A stretch of 64,000 bases of DNA, from positions 180,666 to 244,665 of the forward strand of contig JBALDB010000067.1 of NCBI GenBank assembly GCA_036918135.1. Reading direction: 5' to 3'. This document shows, piece after piece, positions 11,201 through 20,514 of this stretch. Both the position numbers and the translations under genes were made by a program. The stretch is from Nostoc sp. (GTDB taxonomy: Bacteria > Cyanobacteriota > Cyanobacteriia > Cyanobacteriales > Nostocaceae). Below the pieces are notes generated by a model. That model ran no database searches and had not been told where the DNA came from. It was given only the letters and a program-made list of their open reading frames with translations. The first letter of the stretch is position 1; each line of letters starts with the position of its first letter.

Positions 11201-14200
11201 TTAATCCCCAAACAAGTAGTGACTATGATACTTTGCTCAAAGAACTTGATTCATTGGATTTAAACCCAAATGTCATTAGCCATTTTTGGAGTCTCATCCC
11301 TAACGCCCAAGGAAAATTAACTCATCAGTTCTTTGAAGAATGCCAAAATAATGGATTTTATAGTTTACTTTTCCTCGCACAAGCCTTAGGAAGACAAGAA
11401 GTTACCGATAATATCCAAATTCTAGTTGTTAGCGACAATGTGCAAGAGGTAAACGGTGACGAAAAGTTATGCCCCGAAAAGGCGACTGTCATCGGACTGT
11501 GTAAGGTGATTCCCCAAGAGTATCCCCATATTACCTGTCGTAACATTGATGTGGTGATTCCATCAGGGACATACCAAGAAAATCAACTCATAGACCAACT
11601 CTTAGCAGAACTCACCCATCAGCCATCTGAAAATATGGTTGCCTATCGTGGCAAACATCGTTGGGTGCAAACTTTTGAACCAATACAACTCCAACAACCA
11701 GATGAGCAAACAATTCTCCTCACAGAAGGAGGAGTATATTTAATTACTGGTGGTCTAGGAGATATTGGCTTGGTACTAGCAGAATATCTGGCTCAAACAG
11801 CGCGTGCCAAACTGATTCTTACAGGGCGTTCTGGTCTGCCAGCAAAACAAGATTGGTCTCAATGGTTGGCAACTCACGATCGTAGCGATAAAATCAGTTG
11901 CCAAATCCAGAAAGTACAAGCATTAGAAGCATTGGGTGCGGAAGTTTTGATTTGCCGTGCCGATGTTGCCAATCTCCAACAAATGCAAACAGTAATCACT
12001 GAAGCATTAAACCGCTTTGGTCAAATCCATGGGGTAATCCATGCAGCAGGGATAAAGTTATTTAGTACTGTTCAACAAATAAGTAAAACTGAGTGTGAAA
12101 GTCAATTCAGTTCCACAGGTTATGGATTATTTGTATTAGAAAATATCTTACAAGGAAAAGAGCTAGATTTTTGCGTAGTCATATCCTCATTAGCATCTGT
12201 TTTGGGGGTAATGGGCATGGCTGCCTATCCAGCAGCGCACATATTTACTGATGCTTTTGTACATAAATATAACCAAACAAGCCTTTTCCCGTGGCTGAGC
12301 ATTAATTATGGCGATTGGATTACTCAAGAATCCTCACAATCAATAACCTTATTCAAAGGTGGGGATTCGATAATGTCAAGGCAAGAAGGACTGGAGGTTT
12401 TTAAACGTGCCTTATCTCTAAATAAATTTACTCAGATAGTTACATCTACAGTAGATTTGCAAACTAGTATTAACAGATGGATTAAACTTGAATTTAGTCA
12501 AACTCAAGCACAAAAAGCCAGCTCTGCTTCACTTCATTTAAGACCTAATTTAGATAGTGATTATGTTGCTCCGAGAAACGAACTAGAGCAAACCATTGCC
12601 AACATCTGGCAAGAACTCCTGGGTATTGAACTCATAGGCATTCACGATAACTTTTTTGAATTAGGGGGAGATTCTGTTCTCGGCATTCAAGTTAGTGCTA
12701 GAGCGGCTAAAGCAGGTTATCGACTTGCTCCTCAACAATTATTTGAACACCAAACGATTGCCGAACTAGCAGAGGTAACAAACACAAAACAAGTTGTCCA
12801 AGCAGAGCAAGGCTTAGTAACTGGTTCGCTGCCTCTAACACCTATCCAGCATTGGTTCTTTGAACAAAATTTACCAGAACCGCATCACTGGAACATGGCA
12901 TTCTTTGTAGAGGTAATGCAAGTTATCGATCCGGCTTTATTGGAACAGGCATGGCAGTATTTATTCATACACCACGATGCACTTCGGCTGCGGTTTATCC
13001 CCTCTGAATCTGGTTGGCAGGAGGTGAATAGTGGCTTGGAAGAAGTAAATTTGATACATAAAGATTTATCGGCATTGTCAGCTGAGATGCAAAAATCTTC
13101 TATGGAAGCGATCGCCACCCAACTACAAGCTAGTTTAAACCTGTCAGAGGGGCCAATTGTCCGGGGTGTACTTTTTAATTTGGGTGTCAACTCCTCAAGC
13201 CGCTTGTTGATTATCATCCATCACTTGGCAGTGGATTTCGGCTCGTGGCGAATCTTACTAGAGGATCTTGAAACTGCTTATCAACAGCTTAGCCAAGGTA
13301 AAGCGATTCAACTGCCACAGAAAACCACCTCTTTTAAACAGTGGTCTCAACGATTAAAGGAATACGCTAACTGTGAAAAGTTGCACAAAACGTTAAATTC
13401 CTGCCTTAGCGAACGTTACAACCAAGTTTATCCCTTACCGATAGATTATCCTGGAGGCATTAACAATGTAGCATCAGACCAAACTGTTTCAGTAGGATTA
13501 ACCGAAACTGAAACTCAAGCATTACTTCAGGAGGTTTTAGCAGTCTATCGAACTAATACCCAAGAAGTTTTATTGACCGCTCTTGTGGAGACTTTTAAAC
13601 AATGGACAGGCAGAAAATGGCTACTGTTTAATACTGAAGAAGATCCGCGAGACGCAAATATTACTATAGATAATGTGGATATATCAAGAACAGTAGGTTG
13701 GCTGACTACTCTTTATCCTGTGCTGTTGGATTTAGAAGGCGCTGAGAATCTAGGGGATGCATTGAAAACTGTGAAAGAGCAGTTTCGTGACATTTCTAGT
13801 AGAACCATCGATCGGGGAGTGCTACGCTACTTGAGTGAGGATACAACACTTACAGAGAAAATGCGATCGCTTCCCGAAGCAGAAGTGTTTTTTCTCTATC
13901 TTGGTCAGTTTGGTAAAAGCTTCGACCGTTCTTCTATGCTCAGACCGACTGAAGAATCCACTGGGTCATTGTACAGTTCCTTTGGAACTAGTCCCCATTT
14001 GCTAGGTATAACTGCATGGGTTAATGAAGAAGGTCAGTTAAGACTAGAATTTGGCTATAGCAAAAATGTGCATCGACGCCAGACTATAGAGAAACTAGCT
14101 CAGAGTTTTGTGGAAGTACTCAAATCTTTAATCGCCTACTGTCGCTCCCTTGATGCAGTGGAGTATACTCCTTCAGACTTTTCGGCAGCAAATATCAATC

Positions 14201-14241
14201 AAGAAAATTTGAGTAGCCTGCTGGCTCAGATTAGTCAGTGA
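8212..14241 (+). CDS. Type I PKS 1: KS-AT(atypical)-KR(probably redox-inactive)-ACP-epimerase-like domain
   Basis: KS: QTACSTS, HGT, NIGH. AT: GYSIG and HAFH. KR: GGLGDIG, but YPAAH and no catalytic Lys. ACP: GGDSV. C-terminal E-type motifs LTPIQHWF, HHLAVDFGSW, RTVGW, YTPSDF. Confidence 0.93.
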   Translation: MSVAMPNSLNGSEIAVIGLTGCFPGAKNIDEFWENLQQGRESISVFTDEELLSSGISSSTLNDPNYVKAHAILEDAELFDASFFGFNPREAEITDPQHRIFLECAWSALESAGYDSQTYKGAIGVYGGSSLSSYLLNIYLNQNIINSIDPQQLTIAANKDYLTTRVSYKLNLEGPSYAVQTACSTSLVAVHLAIMSLLNGECDIALAGGVAINAERKAGYMYTEGGIASPDGHCRTFDAKAKGSVGGEGVGIVVLKRLEDALNDRDRIHAVIKGSAINNDGSFKVSYTAPRIDTQAKVIRTAQIVAEVEPETITYIEAHGTATVLGDPIEIAALTQAFRSSTQKKGFCAIGSVKTNIGHLDTAAGVTGLIKTVLALKHKQIPPSLHFEQPNPEIDFANSPFYVNTTLAQWQTHGTPRRAGVSSFGLGGTNAHVILEEAPIVEPSSSSRTWQLLMLSAKTSSALETATTNLANYFQEHPDLNLADVAYTLQIGRRAFEHRRTVVCRDIQDAIDALQDSKRVLTSTHKTQERSVAFMFSGLGTHYVDMGLELYQTEPTFRGCVDQCCELLKSHLSLDLRDILYPNRNSENGNKSNTLSGGLDLRKMLGRTTQPADVATQKLNQTVYTQPALFVIEYALAQLWISWGIRPTAMIGYSIGEYVAATLAEVLSLEDALTLVAKRAQMIQQLPEGAMLAIGLSEAEIQPLLNEKISLSAINGSSLCVIAGATDAIEEVERRLSERGLIGKRLQSSHAFHSVMMEAIAPSFYNLVQTFTLKPPTIPYLSNVTGTWITADQATDPSYWVQHLCQAVRFASGVQQLSQKDNPILLEVGPGQALSSFALQCLENEDRTTSVILPSLRHSYEQQSDVAFLINTLGRLWLAGVKVDWSGFYTHEERGRIPLPTYPFERQRYWIDANPEANLATPLQKKTNITDWFYMPSWKRSPQITAKPAQKLCNLVFIDTNCIGSEIVKQLELQGHDVITVTVGEQFTQLGQRRYAINPQTSSDYDTLLKELDSLDLNPNVISHFWSLIPNAQGKLTHQFFEECQNNGFYSLLFLAQALGRQEVTDNIQILVVSDNVQEVNGDEKLCPEKATVIGLCKVIPQEYPHITCRNIDVVIPSGTYQENQLIDQLLAELTHQPSENMVAYRGKHRWVQTFEPIQLQQPDEQTILLTEGGVYLITGGLGDIGLVLAEYLAQTARAKLILTGRSGLPAKQDWSQWLATHDRSDKISCQIQKVQALEALGAEVLICRADVANLQQMQTVITEALNRFGQIHGVIHAAGIKLFSTVQQISKTECESQFSSTGYGLFVLENILQGKELDFCVVISSLASVLGVMGMAAYPAAHIFTDAFVHKYNQTSLFPWLSINYGDWITQESSQSITLFKGGDSIMSRQEGLEVFKRALSLNKFTQIVTSTVDLQTSINRWIKLEFSQTQAQKASSASLHLRPNLDSDYVAPRNELEQTIANIWQELLGIELIGIHDNFFELGGDSVLGIQVSARAAKAGYRLAPQQLFEHQTIAELAEVTNTKQVVQAEQGLVTGSLPLTPIQHWFFEQNLPEPHHWNMAFFVEVMQVIDPALLEQAWQYLFIHHDALRLRFIPSESGWQEVNSGLEEVNLIHKDLSALSAEMQKSSMEAIATQLQASLNLSEGPIVRGVLFNLGVNSSSRLLIIIHHLAVDFGSWRILLEDLETAYQQLSQGKAIQLPQKTTSFKQWSQRLKEYANCEKLHKTLNSCLSERYNQVYPLPIDYPGGINNVASDQTVSVGLTETETQALLQEVLAVYRTNTQEVLLTALVETFKQWTGRKWLLFNTEEDPRDANITIDNVDISRTVGWLTTLYPVLLDLEGAENLGDALKTVKEQFRDISSRTIDRGVLRYLSEDTTLTEKMRSLPEAEVFFLYLGQFGKSFDRSSMLRPTEESTGSLYSSFGTSPHLLGITAWVNEEGQLRLEFGYSKNVHRRQTIEKLAQSFVEVLKSLIAYCRSLDAVEYTPSDFSAANINQENLSSLLAQISQ

Positions 14242-14263
14242 TACAGGAGGAATTTTATTTTAT

Positions 14264-17200
14264 ATGAATCAAAAGAATATTGAAGATATATATGAACTTT
14301 CACCCTTACAGCAGGGTATGCTTTTTCACACGCTGGTTGCACCAGATTCGGGAGTGTATTTTGAGCAGTTTTGCTACTCTTTAAAAACTCAAATTGATGT
14401 TCCAGCTTTTGAGAAAGCTTGGCAACGAGTTTTAAACCGACATCCGATTTTGCGTACTTCCTTCTACTGGGAAAATCTTGATAAACCATATCAAGTGGTA
14501 TATCGACAAGTAGATTTGCCTTGGGATTTTCAAGACTGGCGTCAGATGTCTTTGCCAGAAACAGAAAAGCAATTAGAAGTTTTTTTAGCAGCAGATCGCA
14601 AACGAGGCTTTACACTTTCTGAGGTTCCACTCATCCGTTTGACATTAATTCAGGTGGCTGACGACACTTATCAATTTGTTTTCAGCTTTCACCATATATT
14701 GATGGAAGGGTGGTCTTTAACATGGCTATGGAAAGAATTCTATGAATTCTATAATGCCTTTTGCAAAGGTGAGGATTTAGACCTGGAATATCCTCGTCCC
14801 TTTAAAGAATACATTTCCTGGCTACAGCAGCAAGATATCTCAAAGGCTGAAATTTACTGGCGCGAGATGCTTAGAGGATTTACAGTACCGACACCACTAA
14901 TGATGGACAAAGGTGGCGGTACTTTCTCTAGCGAAGAGGAAAACCATGATTGTCAACAAACCCTACTCTCTCTAACAACGACAGATGCCTTGAATTCTCT
15001 GGCGCGAAAGTATCACCTGACCCTAAACATCCTACTCAAGGGGGCTTGGGCTATACTTTTGAGTCGCTATAGCGGTGAGTCAGATATAGTTTTTGGAGCT
15101 ACATCTTCAGGCAGACCTACGGAATTGGCAGAAGCAGAGTCGATGATGGGACTTTTCGCCAATACATTGCCACTACGGGTAGAAGTAGATAGTGATGCTT
15201 TGCTGATACCTTGGTTGAAAAAGCTGCAAATTCAAGAAGTAGAAATGCGTCAGTATGAGTATAGTCCACTGATGCAGATTCAACAATGGAGTCAAATCCC
15301 TCGTGGATTGCCATTATTTGAAAGTCTTTTAGTTTTTAATAACTATTTAGTAGATGATACTAATGAAAAGCTAGCTCAAAGCTTGGTTATAGGCGAAGCT
15401 CGGATATTTGAAAAGACAAATTATCCTCTTACCCTCCAGGTATATCCTGGTTCAGATTTATTACTATCAATTGCCTATGATACTCGTCGTTTTGATAGTG
15501 CGACGATTAATCAGATAATAGGGCATTTAAAGACTTTGCTAGAAAGTATAGTTGCTAATCCCGAACAACAACTTCGAGACTTGTCGTTACTGACTGCACA
15601 AGAAAAATATCAATTGCTCCAGGAGTGGAATAATACAGAAATTGAGTATGCTCAAGAAAAGTGCATTCATCAGTTATTTGAAGCGCAAGTAGAACGCACA
15701 CCTAATGCAGTCGCAGTGGTATTTCAAGATGAAGAGTTAACTTATGGTCAACTAAACACCAAAGCCAACCAATTAGCGCATTATTTACGTTCATTGGGAG
15801 TAAAACCAGATGTATTAGTCGGGATTTGTGTAGAGCGATCGCTCGATATGATTATCGGACTATTAGCTATCCTCAAAGCAGGTGGTGCTTATGTGCCGTT
15901 AGATCCAGCATACCCCCAAGAACGCTTAACTTTTATGTTGGCAGATGCTCAAGTGCCAGTGCTGCTGACTCAACAACAATTACTAGAAAAACTGCCAAAT
16001 TCTGGCGCATCGATAGTTTGCCTGGATACAGATTGGCAGATAATTCAAATGGCAAGCGACCAGAATCTCCCAACAGCTTTCTCGCCGGAGAACTTAGCAT
16101 ATACAATCTACACTTCTGGCTCCACAGGTAAGCCAAAGGGAGTAATGGTCAGTCATGGTAACGTTGTCAATTTCTTTACAGGAATGGACAGTAGGATTGG
16201 CAGCGATCGCCCAGGTACTTGGCTAGCAGTTACTAGCATTTCCTTTGATATCTCAGTGTTAGAGTTGCTGTGGACGCTGACACGCGGTTTTGAAGTTGTA
16301 ATTAATGGTGATTTCAGACGTGCTATTACTACTGAAGTAGATCGAATCACAGATAAAGAAATGGCATTTAGCCTTTTCTATTTTGCAAGTGACGAGCTAC
16401 AGGCAGGCACAAATAAGTATCAGTTATTACTTGAAGGTGCTAAGTTTGCTGATAAACACGGCTTTGCAGCCATCTGGACTCCAGAGCGACACTTTCATGA
16501 ATTTGGCGGTCTATACCCAAATCCCTCCGTTGTCAGTGCAGCGATCGCCACAATTACAGAGCAAATTCAAATTCGTGCTGGTAGTATTGTTTTACCGTTA
16601 CAAAACCCGATCCGAGTTGCTGAAGAATGGTCTGTAGTTGATAACCTTTCCGGAGGCAGAGTTGGTATCTCCTTTGCTTCTGGTTGGCACGCCGATGATT
16701 TTGTCTTAGCACCAGAAAAGTATAGCGATCGTTTCCAAATCATGTTTCGTGACATCGAAACTGTCCGCCAACTCTGGCGGGGAGAATCGATAACCCTACC
16801 AGCAGGTAGCGGCAAAGAAGTAGAAGTGAAGATTCATCCGCAACCGATTCAGCCGCAAGTACCGATTTGGGTTACAGCTGCTGGTAGCCCGGAAACTTTT
16901 CGTAAGGCGGGTGAAATTGGTGCCAACTTGCTTACCCATTTACTCGGTCAAAATCTAGAGGAACTAGAGGAAAAAATTGCGATTTATCGTCAATCCTGGC
17001 AGGAACACGGTCATGTGGGAGCAGGTCAGGTGACGCTGATGATTCACACCTTTGTGGGTGAGGACATTGATATTGTGCGAGAAAAGGTGCGGCAACCTTT
17101 CTGCGATTACTTGAAAAGTTCTCTGAGTTTGTGGAAGAACTTAGCAAAAAGTTTAGGTGAGGATATTGATGTAGATAACTTTAGCGCACAAGAGCAAGAG

Positions 17201-18700
17201 CAATTGCTGAATTACGCTTTCAATCGTTACTTTGAAACGAGTAGTTTGTTAGGCACACCCAGCACTTGCTTGCAGATGATTAATCGACTCAAGGCTATAG
17301 GGGTGGATGAGGTTGCATGTCTGATTGATTTTGGCGTGGATGTGGAATCTGTGTTGTCTAGTTTACATCATCTAAATACAGTCAGAGAATTGAGCAACAA
17401 AAAAATAGATAAAAATGACACTAGCAACACCGACTATTCCCTAGCTGCTGAAATTGCCAGACACAATGTCACACATCTGCAATGCACTCCCTCTCTAGCA
17501 AGAATGTTAATTCAAGATAATAAAGCGTTGAGTGCGATGGGTTCGCTCCGTAAATTGATGCTTGGTGGTGAGGCGTTACCGATTTCTCTAGCAGAACAGT
17601 TGCGTACTCAACTCTCGGCAGAAATTCATAATATGTACGGGCCCACGGAAACAACTATTTGGTCTACAAGCTATAACCTCAAAGAAGTCAGCAATACAGT
17701 ACCAATCGGACGCCCGATTGCCAACACAGAAATTTACATTCTCGATCGCCATTTACAACCAGTACCTATTGGAATTCCTGGTGAACTCTACATTGGCGGT
17801 AAAGGTGTGGTGCGTGGCTACTTAAACCAACCACAGTTAACCCTAGAGCGTTTCATCTCTAATCCGTTTAGCACAAACCCAAACAACAAACTCTATAAAA
17901 CTGGAGACTTAGCACAATATTTACCAAACGGTAATATCGAGTTTCTCGGTCGTGTAGATCATCAAGTGAAATTCCAGGGATATCGCATCGAGTTAAGCGA
18001 GATAGAAACTGTCTTGAGTCAATATCCGGCGGTAATGGAAGCTGTTGTTGTCGCCAGAGAGGAGCAACCAGGAAACAAACGCCTAGTAGCCTATATTGTT
18101 CCAACACAACAAGCACAAGACATCACATTTACACCAAAAACGCAACTGTTGACCGACGAGCAAATAATAGCAAAACCCACCTTTTCAATCGGCGACTTAC
18201 GAGCGTTTATCAAAGAAAGGTTACCTGAGTATATGGTACCCTCGACCTTTGTAACCCTCAACGCCCTACCTCTAACACCCAATGGTAAAATAGACCGCAA
18301 TGCATTACCTGCACCAGAAACTTTCAGACCAGAATTAGAAGTATCTTATGTAGCGCCAAAGACCGAAGTTGAAAAAGTGATTGCATCTATTTGGCAAGAA
18401 TTACTTCAGGTAGAAAAAGTGGGAATCCATGATAATTTCTTTGAACTTGGTGGTCATTCATTGCTGTTAATTCAAGTTACTAGCAGGTTGCAAAAAGTAT
18501 TTCAACGAGATTTTACCTTGGTTGATATATTTCAATATCCAACTATCAGTAACTTGGTTAAATATTTTAGTCAGCAATCGAGCGAAGAAACATCTGTTTC
18601 CCGACCTACTCATCATCCAGAGAATAGAACAGCTTCAGTACAAAGGCGAAAACAAGTTAGGAAAGAGCGGCGGGCAGCAACCAAGGAAAAAGATTTTTAG
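14264..18700 (+). CDS. NRPS: C(DCL-like)-A(Gly) interrupted by a luciferase-like monooxygenase-T
   Basis: N-terminus IEDIYELSPLQQGMLFH; C motif HHILMEGWS. Pocket DILQMGMIWK is Gly-type. A ~350-aa LLM insert (WTPERHFHEFGGLYPNP, SGWHADDF, NLLTHLLGQ) at ~16361-17395 lies between the A4 and A5 motifs. T: GGHSLL. Confidence 0.93.
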   Translation: MNQKNIEDIYELSPLQQGMLFHTLVAPDSGVYFEQFCYSLKTQIDVPAFEKAWQRVLNRHPILRTSFYWENLDKPYQVVYRQVDLPWDFQDWRQMSLPETEKQLEVFLAADRKRGFTLSEVPLIRLTLIQVADDTYQFVFSFHHILMEGWSLTWLWKEFYEFYNAFCKGEDLDLEYPRPFKEYISWLQQQDISKAEIYWREMLRGFTVPTPLMMDKGGGTFSSEEENHDCQQTLLSLTTTDALNSLARKYHLTLNILLKGAWAILLSRYSGESDIVFGATSSGRPTELAEAESMMGLFANTLPLRVEVDSDALLIPWLKKLQIQEVEMRQYEYSPLMQIQQWSQIPRGLPLFESLLVFNNYLVDDTNEKLAQSLVIGEARIFEKTNYPLTLQVYPGSDLLLSIAYDTRRFDSATINQIIGHLKTLLESIVANPEQQLRDLSLLTAQEKYQLLQEWNNTEIEYAQEKCIHQLFEAQVERTPNAVAVVFQDEELTYGQLNTKANQLAHYLRSLGVKPDVLVGICVERSLDMIIGLLAILKAGGAYVPLDPAYPQERLTFMLADAQVPVLLTQQQLLEKLPNSGASIVCLDTDWQIIQMASDQNLPTAFSPENLAYTIYTSGSTGKPKGVMVSHGNVVNFFTGMDSRIGSDRPGTWLAVTSISFDISVLELLWTLTRGFEVVINGDFRRAITTEVDRITDKEMAFSLFYFASDELQAGTNKYQLLLEGAKFADKHGFAAIWTPERHFHEFGGLYPNPSVVSAAIATITEQIQIRAGSIVLPLQNPIRVAEEWSVVDNLSGGRVGISFASGWHADDFVLAPEKYSDRFQIMFRDIETVRQLWRGESITLPAGSGKEVEVKIHPQPIQPQVPIWVTAAGSPETFRKAGEIGANLLTHLLGQNLEELEEKIAIYRQSWQEHGHVGAGQVTLMIHTFVGEDIDIVREKVRQPFCDYLKSSLSLWKNLAKSLGEDIDVDNFSAQEQEQLLNYAFNRYFETSSLLGTPSTCLQMINRLKAIGVDEVACLIDFGVDVESVLSSLHHLNTVRELSNKKIDKNDTSNTDYSLAAEIARHNVTHLQCTPSLARMLIQDNKALSAMGSLRKLMLGGEALPISLAEQLRTQLSAEIHNMYGPTETTIWSTSYNLKEVSNTVPIGRPIANTEIYILDRHLQPVPIGIPGELYIGGKGVVRGYLNQPQLTLERFISNPFSTNPNNKLYKTGDLAQYLPNGNIEFLGRVDHQVKFQGYRIELSEIETVLSQYPAVMEAVVVAREEQPGNKRLVAYIVPTQQAQDITFTPKTQLLTDEQIIAKPTFSIGDLRAFIKERLPEYMVPSTFVTLNALPLTPNGKIDRNALPAPETFRPELEVSYVAPKTEVEKVIASIWQELLQVEKVGIHDNFFELGGHSLLLIQVTSRLQKVFQRDFTLVDIFQYPTISNLVKYFSQQSSEETSVSRPTHHPENRTASVQRRKQVRKERRAATKEKDF

Positions 18701-18817
18701 TGTCAGCAAAGCGATCGCTCGAATCTTAATGACCTGTAGAATCGAATATTTTAGAGTTAAGCAGGCGTCATAATATTCTTACCGCAAAAACAAATTAAAA
18801 AAATATTGCAACCCAAT

Positions 18818-20458
18818 ATGACATCAAGCAAACAAGAAATGCTAAATAAAAATTCCTTTTTTGAATCTGAGCAAACATTCGATAATGGAATTGAAGAACA
18901 AGTAATGCAATTGTTTGCTTTATCCAATCAAGCGACGTCTATCGAAAAACAAATCGATGAAATAACTGATAGCTGGTCGCAAGATTTTTTAAACACTATC
19001 GATTCTAATACCAATATTGATTTAGAGTTACTAATAGAAAAATTTAGTGATAGTAAGATTCCCGTTCAACCTATCAATTTTGAGAACTATCTCAAATACA
19101 TAGGTAACAATGTTGTTGCTCATTCAATACATACATCTTCGCCACGATTTATTGGTCACATGACCTCGGCACTTCCTAGTTTTGTACGCCCTTTGGCTAA
19201 ACTGATGACGGCAATGAACCAAAATGCCGTCAAAATAGAAACAGCGAAAGCCCTAAGCTTTTGCGAACGCGAAGCTTTGGCTATGTTGCATAGACAAATT
19301 TATAATTTTTCTGATAATTTTTATACTCAACATATTCAAAACAATTTGAGTACACTGGGAATTTTGGTTTCTGGTGGAACAGTGGCAAATATCACAGCAG
19401 TGTGGTGTGCGCGAAATGCTTCACTAGGCCCGAAAGATGGATTTCTTGGTGTAGAAAAAGAAGGTTTAGCAGCTGCTTTAGATTTCTATGGTTATAAAGG
19501 AGCAGTAATTATTGGCTCTGATTTGATGCATTTTTCTTTTGATAAAGCTGCGGATTTAATGGGCATTGGTACGAATAGTTTGATTAGAATTCCCGCTGAC
19601 CGTAATAATCGAGTTGATATACAAGCACTGCGTCAAACTGTTGTCAACTGTCAAGCCAAAAACTTGCTGATTATTGCAATTGTCGGAGTTGCTGGAACAA
19701 CAGACTCAGGTGGGGTTGATTCCCTAATAGATATCGCAGAAATTGCACACCAAGCCAATGCTCATTTTCATGTAGATGCTGCTTGGGGTGGGCCGCTAAT
19801 TTTTTCTGAGCAATATCGACATAAGCTTGCTGGTATAGAAAGAGCTGATTCAGTCACTATTGATGGACACAAACAACTATATCTACCAATGGGTATTGGT
19901 ATGGTCTTTTTTAGCAATCCACAATTGGCTGGAGCGATCGAAAAACAGGCTAGTTATACCATGCGTAAGGGGTCGTTTGATTTAGGTAAACGTGCTTTAG
20001 AAGGTTCTCGGCCAGGCATGGCTTTATTTTTACATGCCGGTTTAAAGCTGATTGGAGTTAAGGGATATGAGTTTTTGATTAATGAAGGAATCCGAAAAAC
20101 TCAATACATGGCTGCTTGTATTTCAGCTATGCCTGAATTTGAATTGCTGACAGAACCCGATACTAATCTATTAATTTATCGCTATATTCCAAAACAATTT
20201 AGAAGAGTGCATAGTAAAAACAAATTGGCAGATATAGATAATCAAATTATCAATAATTTTAATGAATGTTTACAAAAGCATCAGCGTCAAATTGGTCATA
20301 CTTTCATTTCACGAACGACAAAAAAAGATATGAAGTTTGGCAGTGAAACTCCGATAGTTGCTATGCGGGCAGTGATTGCCAATCCTTTAACCACAGAAGA
20401 AGATATTCGCGCAGTTTTAAATGAGCAGATCCAAATAGCTGCCCAAATTCAAATTTAA
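18818..20458 (+). CDS. panP: PLP-dependent (group II) aspartate 1-decarboxylase, PanP-like, for beta-alanine supply
   Basis: FIGHMTSALP, SGGTVAN, HVDAAWGG, DGHKQLYLPMG (PLP Lys), LEGSRPG, AVIANPLT; ~550 aa. ATG at 18818 preferred over TTG at 18806. Confidence 0.8.
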   Translation: MTSSKQEMLNKNSFFESEQTFDNGIEEQVMQLFALSNQATSIEKQIDEITDSWSQDFLNTIDSNTNIDLELLIEKFSDSKIPVQPINFENYLKYIGNNVVAHSIHTSSPRFIGHMTSALPSFVRPLAKLMTAMNQNAVKIETAKALSFCEREALAMLHRQIYNFSDNFYTQHIQNNLSTLGILVSGGTVANITAVWCARNASLGPKDGFLGVEKEGLAAALDFYGYKGAVIIGSDLMHFSFDKAADLMGIGTNSLIRIPADRNNRVDIQALRQTVVNCQAKNLLIIAIVGVAGTTDSGGVDSLIDIAEIAHQANAHFHVDAAWGGPLIFSEQYRHKLAGIERADSVTIDGHKQLYLPMGIGMVFFSNPQLAGAIEKQASYTMRKGSFDLGKRALEGSRPGMALFLHAGLKLIGVKGYEFLINEGIRKTQYMAACISAMPEFELLTEPDTNLLIYRYIPKQFRRVHSKNKLADIDNQIINNFNECLQKHQRQIGHTFISRTTKKDMKFGSETPIVAMRAVIANPLTTEEDIRAVLNEQIQIAAQIQI

Positions 20459-20514
20459 CTTTTATTAAAAACTAGAAAACAGTATTTTATTAAGTTGCTC
20501 TTTAAAAAATTAAG

